Assembly: GCA_904063045.1 (NCBI GenBank)
Contig: CAJFCJ010000007.1
Span: forward strand, 1,756,873-1,820,872
DNA length: 64,000 nt
Direction of reading: 5' to 3'
Source: Dimorphilus gyrociliatus
Taxonomy: Eukaryota; Animalia; Annelida
Shown piece by piece: positions 51,782 through 64,000 of the stretch (the first letter of the stretch is position 1; each line of letters starts with the position of its first letter). Position numbers and translations under genes: made by a program. The notes beneath the pieces were generated by a model. The model searched no databases and was not told the DNA's origin. It saw only the letters and a program-made list of their open reading frames with translations.

Positions 51782-54700
51782 TTAGCTCAGCTCGTCCACT
51801 GGTACATCGCTCATATCATGTCGAACGAGTTGGTGCAGGCATTTTGCGACTGCCGAAGATGACTCGACGCAACTCAAAGAAACGTAGGCCAGACGAGTTT
51901 CATGTTTACGCAGTATGCTATTTATATCATAAGAGACTAATTATTTCACAAATTAATTAGAATCAATAAGACTTACCTGCGTGCATCGGACGAATAGCGG
52001 GCAAGGTTGTTCAGTATAAGAGCTGCAGTCAAGCGGATATGCTTTGTAACAGGTCCTTCCTTTGTTTCCTAAAATTATAAAAATAATTAGAACATTATAC
52101 AATATATCATGGTAACCAACCATTAATTCCGGATAGGGAGGTTTAGGAGCGAAGCGATTAATAGCATGATAGGCGGCATTTTCGGGGTAAACGGACGGTG
52201 TAGCGACTTTTTCTCCCTGGTTTGCCCTTCGTAACTGAGATGCCTTCAAACCAGCTTCGCTTAAATGCTTTTCTTGAATATGCTGTAATAGAGACCATTT
52301 CTGTCTATGTAAATTGTCGCAGGAGATATTCCATTTGCAACAGCCGGCGGATAAAGCTGAACAATGAGTTCTCAGGACATGATTAGCCAATTCTTTTCCA
52401 GCGTCGAATATTTGACTGCAGTTTAACCATTCACAACGATGATCAGTCGGTACAGGTAAAGGTGAGGATGATGAACTGTTCGATCTGGCTCTCTTTTTAC
52501 TTGGTGCTTCATTTGCTTGAGTTTGTGAAGAAAATGAATTCGTTGTGGAGGTGGCTACTGTTGTCGAAGGCCTTTTGACCGTTGCGGACGTTGGTCGAAC
52601 AACAACAGGTGTTTGAGCTTGAGGTTGTAAAATTACAGTTGCGGCGGTATTTTGTACTATTGGAAGCACCATATTGTTTGTGCCGAAACTAACAATTTGG
52701 GTTCCAGCAACGACGGATGTTGTTTGAGGAGCCATTTGAATCCGAAACGTTTGTGGAGCAGATTGAGCCGGTGCGACTAAAACGAAAGATACTGGCGGAG
52801 GAGAAGGTTGTTCCTCATTAAAAATGACACTCGCGGCTTGCGATAATATATCGACTGGTCTTTTTTCTTCTTTTTCATCTCCAGCGCCGTCTACCTGTGG
52901 AAAACCGTTCTGTTTCAGAACATCACATTCTCCGTTGACCATACGTTTGTAAACACCATTTACAACATTGGTAAATGGTCCGTTGGATCCGATTGCTTCT
53001 TCGTTCTCTTTTTTTACATTGTTCACTTTGACAGGAGTCTGTTCAAGTTTAGCTTGTCCGAAGTTAATTGGACTAGAGTGACCATTCGAAAGAGTAGTCC
53101 GCTTAGTTTTTGGAGGTGGTGAGCTACAAACGCTTCTCTCGAGTTGAGGAGGAAATGGTAGAGAGGCAGCGCGTTTCTGAAGGCCTATATATTGAATGTC
53201 TCTGTGACCGTTTCGCTTGTCGACGGATCGAAGGACTAGAGAAGGAAAAGCTACTCTGACACATGTTATAAACACGTTGGATGTGACAGGATTTCGAATA
53301 TGGTTTACATTAGCACCAGCCAAATAAGCTTGATATAAGTCGGCATGGGCTATAGCCGATGAGCTGTCTTCGACATACTCATAATGTGCTTGCAACCAAT
53401 TCCTTGCCAATATTTCTCCATCCATTTGTGGTAGAGGGAGAGGGGGCGGAAGTTGCTGAGAACGGCTTGTACTTACAACAGTTGTAGGTCTGTTTCTTAT
53501 ATTTGAGTTAACTATTGTAACAGAAGCAGGAGTTGTTGGTAACTTATTCTGTTGATGAGGTAGACAACTAGGAACAAGAGTATTTCTCGTTGGAGAAGAA
53601 GTAGGTTCCGTGACAGTTACCTGCTGTTCAACAACTCGCAAATTGATGATAGCTGAAGATCCAAGTGCCTGGGCTTCCATGGTTACGAGATTACATAAAG
53701 TGTCCACTAATGATTGGGCATTAGCAACAAAAGTGGCTGCCGCATGGCCTAATTCGGAAAGCTGCAGTAAAGCCTCCAATGTTGCAATAAGTAGGTGGAT
53801 ATCGGCAACGAGAATCAATCTCGCCATATGAGTATAAACGTCTGTGTCGAGTAGTTCACTGAGTACATCATCATTTTCCTCATGCTGACACAAAGCTGAT
53901 AGAAGTTCTAGTCCCCCAATAATTTCTGCTCTGTCTGATGAAGCAATGCAGAAAGAAACTGTACGGAGTATTAATCTTGTTTTTGAACTATGAGGGTCCA
54001 AACGTATTAATGATCCGACATGCGTTAGAGTATCAAAAGCTAATTGGCGAACTTGGGGCTGTTTTGCGTTAACACAAAGCAATAAAAACCTAATCACAAC
54101 GGATTCATTCATAAGCACAGCGGCATTTAATGGTTCAAACGAGAGGTTTCGAATAATACCAGCTATTTGAACAACCCGCTGTAATTCTTTGTCACGAGAT
54201 CCACTTGGTCGGTTTGCACAAGACTTTCTTGGTGAAAGTCTTATAGGAGGTTCCTCATTCTGTAAGAGAGAAAGGATATCTTGTTGGGCCAGACTGTCTT
54301 TCCAAAATTGGGTGAAGTCTCTGCCACTTAACTTTGACCAGGTAAGGTCATGAAGAGCAGATAATGCTCCTTCATCATCTGTAGCATATACACTTACATG
54401 CGCTAACAAAAGTCGGGGCAAAGTAGGACAACGCTCGAGTCGAAGAGAGTGTCGAGAATCGTTCGAAAGCAAAGCAAGAATATTTACGGCAAAATCGACT
54501 TCATTTGGGAGTCCTGATAGCAACGAAAGTTCGAGTTTGTGATATGGTGATCGCGACCAAGCTGCAGCTAAACCATGAGTTGTGCGTATTGTAGGTTCAA
54601 TTTGATGCATTCGTTCATGATAAACTTGGGGTACTTCGGCTTGCTGACAGGCACGTCGAGATCTAAATACACTTGGAGCCTCTGTATCATCATCTTCATT

Positions 54701-55096
54701 TTTATTGTCCACATCGTCACCATGATAATGGAGACGCTCGTACAAATGTAGGTAGCGGATGTATATATATTTTAAAGCTATTGCCGCATTTGCACATGCT
54801 TTAGGTACATGAAAGTACCTTTGTATATCTTTCCATTTAGAAGATTCGTGTACCTTTTGCCATCCTCCCAGAGCTGTTACTCGATTGTAAAGAGAATAGA
54901 GGTCGATCACTTTTCCCGAAACAATGGGAACGCGTTTGAACGGAGTACTGTTTGAAAATATTAAGCGCCGTTAATAAGCAAAAAAAGCGCGACGAGCGGC
55001 TTACCCTCGAATTCTGTGGAATTGCTCGAGCTCGGCCAGAAACGACTCTCTCTGCCTCACGTACACATCACCTGCCTTATCGTTTGGCTTTGCCAT
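51782..55096 (-). CDS. ARID2: AT-rich interactive domain-containing protein 2 (PBAF subunit BAF200)
   Basis: Exon 1 MAKPND...[17 protein letters not shown] domain, [19 protein letters not shown]-like WLQAHYE region, two C2H2 fingers, C-terminal [19 protein letters not shown]. Confidence 0.95.
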
Positions 55097-55691
55097 CTTT
55101 TTTTTTCAAACACGAGCGGACAAGATGCTTTCATGAATCACCATTCCTCGTTTAATTAAAAACGCTTACTCTCATAAAATCTGCGCTTCGTACATGATCG
55201 GCGGTGTTTAAGTATCGAAAATATCTCTTACTTAGTCCAGTATGCGCCAATCCGCACGCGCACTTCTATTGAGAAGAAAAATGCCAGTAAAAAAATGCTC
55301 GCTTAGGCGTCCTATACCAAAAAAAATTATCAGATTTGTCTTTAATCGTGTTTTAAATGTTTATTCCTCTAACTAATCGCTTGCTAGGTCTATCGTAAGA
55401 CCTATACGGGTAAAGATATCCAACAAAATTGGGATCGATCTAGAGGGGTTCCACAATTGCTTCATTACAATTGCCGCATACTAGACCCGCCATTTTAAGA
55501 ATGGCCGTCTTTCGTCTGCTTGTTGTGTTTTTCTCATTTCAATGAGTACCTTTATTCGGAATCCCTATATTTGCAACTAATAAATTAAATGTCGTACCAC
55601 AAAACGAACCATGTATTGTAGAAAAAAAATCTATTTCATTGGCAAGTTATACACTTAGATTGTCTCGAACTCGGTATATTTCTCAAAATAA

Positions 55692-58600
55692 TCACCGACA
55701 ATGAGAAGACGCAGGAGAAATTTCTGTCGTAGTTTGACTAGTATCTATTACCAAACTTGCACCTGGACTATCTGCGTCACTACTGTCTGGACTAACAGAC
55801 GCTCCGCCAGTAACATTTGAAACTTTATCGAGAGGAATGATTTTGGGAGTAGGGAGGTTTATAGCTGCGGCTTCATCTTGGCTCAAATCCTTGATAGAAA
55901 GAGTTGGAGTAGGCGATGGACTGGCTGGGGATTTATGCTGGGATTTGAGAGTAGGTCTTAGTCTGTTACCACCCTGATTATTTGAAATTTTATTTGCAGT
56001 TGCAGTAGGAGCTTTTTTTGGAATAGGTCCTAATTTTGCTGGAGTAACATTGGCATTATTGTTTCCCGCCATAATCATTTCCTTCCGGATTTTCTCCATT
56101 TCATCTTTAGCAGAGAGTTTAGTTTCTACTGTACTGGATGTGGGATGCAATTTGCTAATAACTTCAGAAAGAGATTTTTTCTTATGAACTGCTTTGGCAT
56201 TTTTTGTAACAGTTGATAACGGCTGCTGTTGTTGCATAGTTTGAAACGCCGTTGGGGTTTGTCTATTTACAGAAGTAGATTGAGGTACAGTAGATGAAGT
56301 TGGGGGTGAACCATTATTACTGGATCCGCCACTTAAAGTAGTTAATGATTTGAAATGATGTGACTTCTTTGCTTCAGTTTCTGATTTTGATCGTGAGATA
56401 GATTTACTTTTAGAAAGTTTATGCTTATCTGTTTTCGTCGATTTTTGAACCAATGGTTTATTTGAGCTAAGTTTTTTGAACTGTAATTTACCACCAATGG
56501 TTATTTTTACTGATGCAGCTTGTTCATTATCTTGACCCTTTGACCAGTCATCAGATTTTTTCTTTGAAGATTTTTTTTCAATATCGCTCCGCTTTCTTTT
56601 TATTTCGTTATTTGTTTTAGACTTTTTACGTTCTATTGACTTTCTTATATCGTTTCCTTCGTTTAAAATATCATTTGAAGAGCAACTTGTTTCTTGTGTA
56701 CTGTCTTCAATAGCTTCAACATTATTGTTTGGAGATTCCTTGCCTATTTTTAATTTGACAGTAATATTTGGCTTGTGCTGGTAATTTTGATGGAATTGAG
56801 TTAAAGTATGATTATTTTTCTCATAATTTCCAATGTTACTAGATCCAGGTGATACTAGATCAGTTATATCAGTAAACTGTTTTGAAGAGGGCTGGGTAGC
56901 TAGTATAGTATTTAGAGATGAGGAACAATTTGACTGATGAGAGGTTGGCATCTGAAGCAATTCAGCCAATGACGTTTGCTCGCGCACTATAGGTAAACAT
57001 GGTGATGAACTTGGATGATTAGTCAGTTGTTCAGATGCTGATGGTGGTCGCGAAGGTGGTCTTGAGAGCGGACGGTGATCATCAGGTAGTGATCGAGCGG
57101 ACGGGGGGCGTTCATCATTTGCAAGATGCCCAACCGTAGGAGTGTTCCTGGATGATATTTCAAAATCAAATTCATCTCCACTTACTTTTCGTTTCGGACT
57201 TCTTCCAACACGAATTTGTTGATCATTTTTACGTTTTCTACTTGCTGGCTTTCTAATTTTTGACGATAATGAATTATAGTTTGATGTTAATGCTGAATTA
57301 TCTTGTTCAGTCTCTGGACTAGATGTATTGGGATCCAATAACCTTGCTAGCATAGTACATTTTGATACTTCGCTATCAGCACGACCAGGGTCCGATATTG
57401 TTCTATGTATTCCGCCATGAATAGATCCTTGCTGGCCAGCTTCTACAGTTGTGCTGGCAGACCGCATAAGGCTACGAGTAGGTTCGATTTGAGTCATACC
57501 TAAACTTGAAACTGATAAATTGGTTCCTGTAGTTGATATTTGCTGCCCTAGAGGTCGGGGTCGCGGTGGGGGACAAGTAGCTTGAACAGGTGGTGAAATA
57601 TTATTAGTTGAAATGTCCAATGATGCTGAAGCAAAACCCTCAAAATAACTTAGCTGAGAAACTTGAGGATTTGGCTTGTCAGGTTCACAGATTAATTTAG
57701 AATTTGTCATTTCTTGATATCTGTCCTTCAGTTTTGACGTTTGATTAGACACAACTCTCATAGTGACTGGTATTGATTGACTTCTGAAAAATTGAGTTAC
57801 TTTATATTTCAAAATTTTAATTCAGAATATTGAGTATGACCTCTTAAATACTTTGGCTGCTAAATGACCATCAGCACCAGAAGATTTTCCATCATCCAAA
57901 ACAGAACCACATCGTAAAAAGCATTCTACACAAGTCGCATTGTTTAACTTGAACTCAGCTGTTGAAGGAAATGAAGTTATGAAATGTTGCTTTCATAAAA
58001 ATTAAATTTTTGTTACCTGAACATATTCGTCGAGCATTGGGATTTTCATACGATACTGATATGTGCTTTAAAGAAATTACTGTTGTTTGGAACACATTTC
58101 GGCCTTCTTCTTTAACTATATTATTAAAGTATATTGCAATATAGTTATAAAATTTGATTGAAGCTACATCGCCTACGCGTTTCAGACAAATAATTGCTAA
58201 TTTTGGTTGTATGCATATTAGTATTCAATTAAAGAGCTATAATATTAAAGTTAGCCGGGAGTTTGAAAAAAATCAATTTTAAAAGCTGCAACTTTAAAAT
58301 TAAGACAAAAGAACAGTGCAAAACTTACGCATTCTATCTTTTACGACCCTTCCAGATCGTACACAACTTGCCAAAACTGAGTTAAATAAAGCTTGAGTAC
58401 GAAGATAGGCAATAATAGCTGGAACATGTGTTGGATGAGTGAACGGTATTTTCTGAATTCTTACTGCGTGAAGGCTCTCAGAAGAACCTCCATTAAAGAA
58501 ATACGCATGCTGTTGATCTGGTAAATTCTGTAAAAGTATTGTTTATTAGGGTTGTTTCAAAATTTGAATTTAAGTCTAATAACAATTGCAACGCCACAGG

Positions 58601-60355
58601 GATAAATGTTTGAAGTCGAATCTCTATCGTTTTTGGCACATTCTTTTATCAAGAGAGAAACCAGTGGCCCAGATTCGCCATAGCCCATTGATATGTCGAT
58701 TTCTTAGAAGAATATTTTAATTTAGTTTTTGTCATATTTAAATAAATACCTGTAAATTTTTGTATTTCCTTGAGAATATTTCTAGTAATGAGCATAGGTT
58801 TGTGCAAATTCAAATAAAATACTGCAGGTAAAACTGAACTATTTTGGTTGTCCAATGCTGACATATCGTATTCACTGGAGTTTTTTCAAGTTTTAAAAAT
58901 TCACAAAAAATGTTACTCTTGCATTAATTACGACAAGTTAGAAAAGTTTCATAACTTACTTTGGTGAAGAGTTTATTATTAAAGATTGATGCTGAAGTTT
59001 TCGAGGAGACGCACCTTCGATACTAACAGTAACATACTGACCGCAACAATGCTCATTCATTGCTGTAAAATAACAAACATTGCTAGCAATTTATTCTTAT
59101 CAAATACAACCTTTAACATCAGTAATCATGAGTGACGTTTTAGTCTTTTCATTTAAAAGATCATAGGGTCCAACAAAATACAAAATTTTTAAAGGACAGC
59201 CGCCAGATCTAGGGTATAGTATACCCAAAGGTGCCTTATGTATAGTATCAGTTACAGTTCTTATTTCAGAGGATGAGCTAATTGCAAAATTAACGATAAG
59301 GATATGTAGTACTTGTATATATTAATACAATCTTACCAGTTTTGGGCCATTTCGTTCAGATCATTTTCCATGGCTTGGAGAGCAATGAAAGCTCTTTTAC
59401 ATCTGTTTCTATTTTAAAATAAGCTTTACTTTTTAGAGGATATTTTATAAATGTTAATCTTACTGATCAGCACCAATGGCATACATTGCAGTTAACCCTC
59501 TAACATGTTCTTTGACAGTTTCCAGTTTACAGTCACTAAGAGAATAAAAGTGAGGTCTAAAATTTTATAATAATGCAACTTACTTTAATGCCTGCGATAT
59601 TTCTGGACAACTCTAAAAGAGATAAAAGGTATTATTACTGTAAAAACAATAAAGTTGTTTTACCGTTGGCTGGTTAGTTGACGAAGAAGAATTGCTTCCG
59701 TGAGCAACTATAGCATCCATAGTCCTTCCTGATGTGTCCAACCTAAATTCAACGTGAAAATGATCTGTAGCAATAACGGCCACGTGATGAGATGGGTACT
59801 GTTTGTCTGAATATCGAAGACCCAGCTCCATGGCAACAGATTCTAATCGTTCCTTGACACCCTGAGCAGAGTTAGCTGGAAAATCAAAATTGTGCTATTG
59901 GTTAAATGAAGTCAAAATATACCAACCTCTTGCAATTCTAACTAATTTTTGTAAATGCTCCCTGAGAAGAGTTCTTTCTTCTCGACTAGATTGTAGTTTC
60001 TTATCCTTTAACGTTATATTTAGCAATTTGCTTGTGTCTGCCCATGACTTCTGACGACTAGCTCTACTACGCAGTTTTATCATAATTTTCTTTAAGCAGT
60101 CGCTCCTGTCACCTAAAAAACATCAATCGTTGGCATTATTTCACGTGTACAAGAATTTATAGGCCTGTATAGAGAAAATTCCAACATTAAATACTAAGCA
60201 ATTGCAAAATTTAGAAAAACTATTTTTTTCAATCGAATTACCAAAAATATATATGCTAGATATTGTCTGCAGTCATACAAAAAAATTAATAACAAACTGG
60301 TTATTTGAGAAGAGCTGCGTGTTTGTAAGAGTTGCTTTGGCGCAGACGACGCCAT
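55692..60355 (-). CDS. MED1: Mediator of RNA polymerase II transcription subunit 1
   Basis: N-terminal Med1 domain (KSWADTSKLL, ERLESVA, FHVEFRLD, ALQAMENDL), two LxxLL motifs (LARLL, LAELL), long Ser/Lys-rich exon 55692-57812. The exact 3' end is uncertain. Confidence 0.88.
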
Positions 60356-60982
60356 GTTGACGGTTCCAGCGCCACCAAGTGTGATAAAAGTAGTATCTTT
60401 GTCGCTTTGTTATTTAATTTTCATTCTTCAGTGAAAAGTCTGTCTTGGAGAAGGCGTTAAAAATCTAAGTTTTTAGAGCAATCTTTTTTAAAAAATCGAT
60501 AAAATTCCGCTCCATTTGCGCAGCGCTGATACCGCACTGTCGATGTCAAAGGTCGAAACTCAAAAAATATAAAAAATTATTTGGAATAAAAATATTGAAA
60601 TTTTTACAGTATAATCATAATGAAATTTTCTGTGCCCCAAAAATTTTATTTTAATTTTTAACGCCTAAAAAATAAATACTCCCTCCGCCATGTTGCTTTC
60701 CTTCCGTTGTTCTCTTTAGCAAAGCTGTAAGTTTTTCGCTCGGAAGTTTCTCTTAAAAGTTTGTTTCTTAAACATTTGAAATAAGTCAATCGATTTCTAG
60801 GTTCCAATATTTGACATTGTTCACAGCTAGGTAAGCACATCTATCCTATCTCTTTTACCGGTGGTTGATGACTAAATTTTATTGAGGAAATCGAAATCTT
60901 CAAAGTAGAGTACTTTATCTATCCTTCAGTTTGTCAAATAGTCTATATCTTAAGCTAATAATTTCTTCCTCAGATATCCAAG

Positions 60983-61859
<877 letters not shown>

Positions 61860-62553
61860 TGTAAGATTTACTGAATTATACTTATTAGATACGTTCAACG
61901 AATTGTATGATAATCTCGTTTCTTATAAAATAAGTGTAAAACTGCAAGCTCTAACAGCATGCCATAAGCTAATAAAACGCGTGCAAATCAGCTTGAGTTT
62001 ATTTATTATTACTTAAGTTCCATTCAATTCATACTGGATGAACCTATTTTGTGCTAACTGCAATCTGAAGATAAATGTTTAAAAGTAAAAATCTTCCCCT
62101 CCCTTTCGTGATTTCGAATCTTACCAATAAATTAAAACAGAGCTTCTTCACGTTGTTGAGGCTTATTAGAGATAAGAAACTTCAAGAGGCGGCGCTGAAC
62201 ACTCAAACGAACAAGAAGAAAGACAAGAAACGAAGATGCGTTGTTTTATGATCATTTGTAGTGGTTTGATCAAGTTTGTTGCTATACTGATAACTTGATT
62301 TAGATGTAATTCAGTATAGTTATGAACGAGTCTTCATACGTACGATTAGTTGCTTGGTTTTCTTTGTATACATACACGTACGTATATTATCGAGGTGCTG
62401 TTATATGCTTTGCATATTTGTGCTAGTTTTTCATTTGATTTAAAAATATTTCATATCTTTGAGTGCAAATACTGTATTAAGCCTAACAATGAAAAGAAAT
62501 GTGGAGACCTTGACAGTGCGTGAGACAACACAAGGCAGTGAGCACCAACACAG

Positions 62554-62568
62554 CCACTAGAGGGCGGC
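62554..62568 (+). promoter_or_regulatory. Canonical CTCF motif CCACTAGAGGGCGGC
   Basis: Close match to the CTCF core consensus, lying between the convergent Ral and GSE1-like 3' ends. Confidence 0.55.
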
Positions 62569-62616
62569 ACTGTTCGTCTTATCACAGTTTTACGAAAGGG
62601 AAAGCAGTTCAATATA

Positions 62617-64000
62617 TTAGGAACAAAGAAGTCTTAAAGTCCTCTTTAAATGTTCAATAGAATTCAAAAAACTTCTATGCTCATCTTCAAGTTTCGTTTT
62701 CTCTGTGACGAGTTTCTGAAAAGGATAAATTAATTATTATGGTTTTCACAAAAGTAGCTAAATCTAACAGTTATCTCCGAGTTATAATCATCACACTTTC
62801 TCGCTAGACTTTCATTGTCGGTCTGTAAGCGAGAGCAATTTTCTTGTAAAATTTTTTTCTCCGCCTGCTGCTCTGTAATGTATATTAAAAGGCGATCAAT
62901 AAGACATTAGGCGTTGCGTTGCGCACGCTGATATTCTTTCTTTACCTTGTAAATGCTTGCAGTAAGCGTTTACCACAGCCTCTACACCAGGCCATTTGTA
63001 AGACAGGGAAATGTTTTCGTCATCTGTGTCATCATTTTTCAGTTTTACTTGTCGTGACCTTTCCTGCTGTATAGTTGTTGCCAAAACTGATTCATGGAAT
63101 TGTTCGGCGAATTCTCGACTTATAGCCGTCGTAGATTCATTAAATAGCTTAACAGCCTCAAGTCGTTTTTTTACACCATCGAGCTGTTGAGCCCTCCTTT
63201 TGTGATCAATATCACAAGCTTGCCGAACTTTATCCATTATTATTCGAACATCTCGATCAACCGGTCTAAGATCACAAGCATCCGCTAAAAAAGCAACCTT
63301 TCGCTTGAAGTCTGATCCCTTGCACAGCTCATCGGCATCAATATCGGGCGGTGATAACCCAAATTCTTCAACACATAAGACTAGACCGTTAGTCTTTGTC
63401 GATTTCGGTGTCTCTTTACAGCCATTAGAAGCTACAGGAGGAACAGGCGAGATCGGTTCGTATATTGGTCTGCTTCGTTTTTCTGGTGATTTTCTGTTTG
63501 GAGACCCATCAAACCCATTGGCAACAAAGGTTTTAGAGGAAGTGGGTGTCGATTCAAGAAACGGCCGATGAAGTGCGTGTGGAGGAGTCGTCCGCATTAT
63601 TTTTTGATTAGGTTCACCAAGTTGAGAGCTGGATTTCGGCGATGCAAGAGGTCGTTTACGCTCATTACGAAGTAAGGCGTCCTGATGGTGGAGAAATTGT
63701 TGTTGCATAAGGCTATGACGCCCAGCCACTTCTTGCAATTGCTGCTGTTGCTGAGCCCACTTTGCCGTATCTCGAGCTTTAGCTAAAGGATCATAGGCAC
63801 TCAGTTGATCATGAAGAGGAAAAGCATTTCTGTATTTTTCCCGCAGAGCGAGTGTTTCACGCTCCAGCCGTAGTCTTTCTTGTTGCTCTCGTTGTTGCCT
63901 CTCACTCTCGCGTTTCCTTTCTAATTCCTTTTGCCGCTCGGCTGCCTCCCTGCGTTCTCGTTCTTCTTTGTCTCGACGAGCGTTTTCTTCACTTTTTCGG
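62617..64000 (-). CDS. GSE1: Genetic suppressor element 1-like protein, 5' part outside window
   Basis: R/E-rich repeat region at the window end, YKWPGVEAVVNAYCKHLQ, then spliced coiled-coil exons EQQAEKKILQENCSRL...LNSIEHLKRTL (GSE1 C-terminal pattern). Confidence 0.75.

Noticed and set aside
54271-54279. ATATCCTTT (U12 AT-AC donor consensus) on the minus strand in ARID2
   Set aside because: It lies in an uninterrupted reading frame (QDILSL), and I found no matching branch point or AC acceptor.

Overview
Eukaryotic (invertebrate animal) genomic DNA. It is AT-rich and very compact: most introns are ~40-60 nt GT-AG and many intergenic gaps are 20-250 bp. The gene set and compaction suggest a miniaturised lophotrochozoan genome such as the annelid Dimorphilus gyrociliatus (inference, not verified). 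The window has three zones. (1) 1-28.6 kb is a dense block of 15 genes: CA10-like CARP, BRI3-like, TPGS2, CCDC112, VTI1A, nicastrin, CaRF-like, RABAC1, USP40, QPRT, TMEM186, importin alpha, CNP, a WS/DGAT-like gene and a PAN/C-type lectin. (2) 28.7-49.5 kb is a ~21 kb gene desert holding one intronless class III POU gene, Tc1/mariner relics, a decayed ORF, a 29-bp-arm hairpin, TA-rich microsatellites and many transcription-factor motif clusters (triple CRE, X-box, Sox, duplicated divergent CTCF-like pairs). (3) 49.5-64 kb holds G-alpha-o, ARID2, MED1, Ral and a GSE1-like gene (5' truncated). I saw no tRNA, rRNA, CRISPR or confident ncRNA, and no clearly novel multi-gene system. The best leads are a WS/DGAT with a mutated catalytic His, a CaRF-like transposase-type zinc-finger gene overlapping RABAC1 at their 3' ends, the POU3 regulatory landscape with its CRE cluster and CTCF-like boundary, an invertebrate CNPase, and Rbfox-motif-rich introns in G-alpha-o and Ral. 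Gene identities come from comparing manual translations with remembered human orthologue sequences; no database search was run. Exon boundaries were read by eye.
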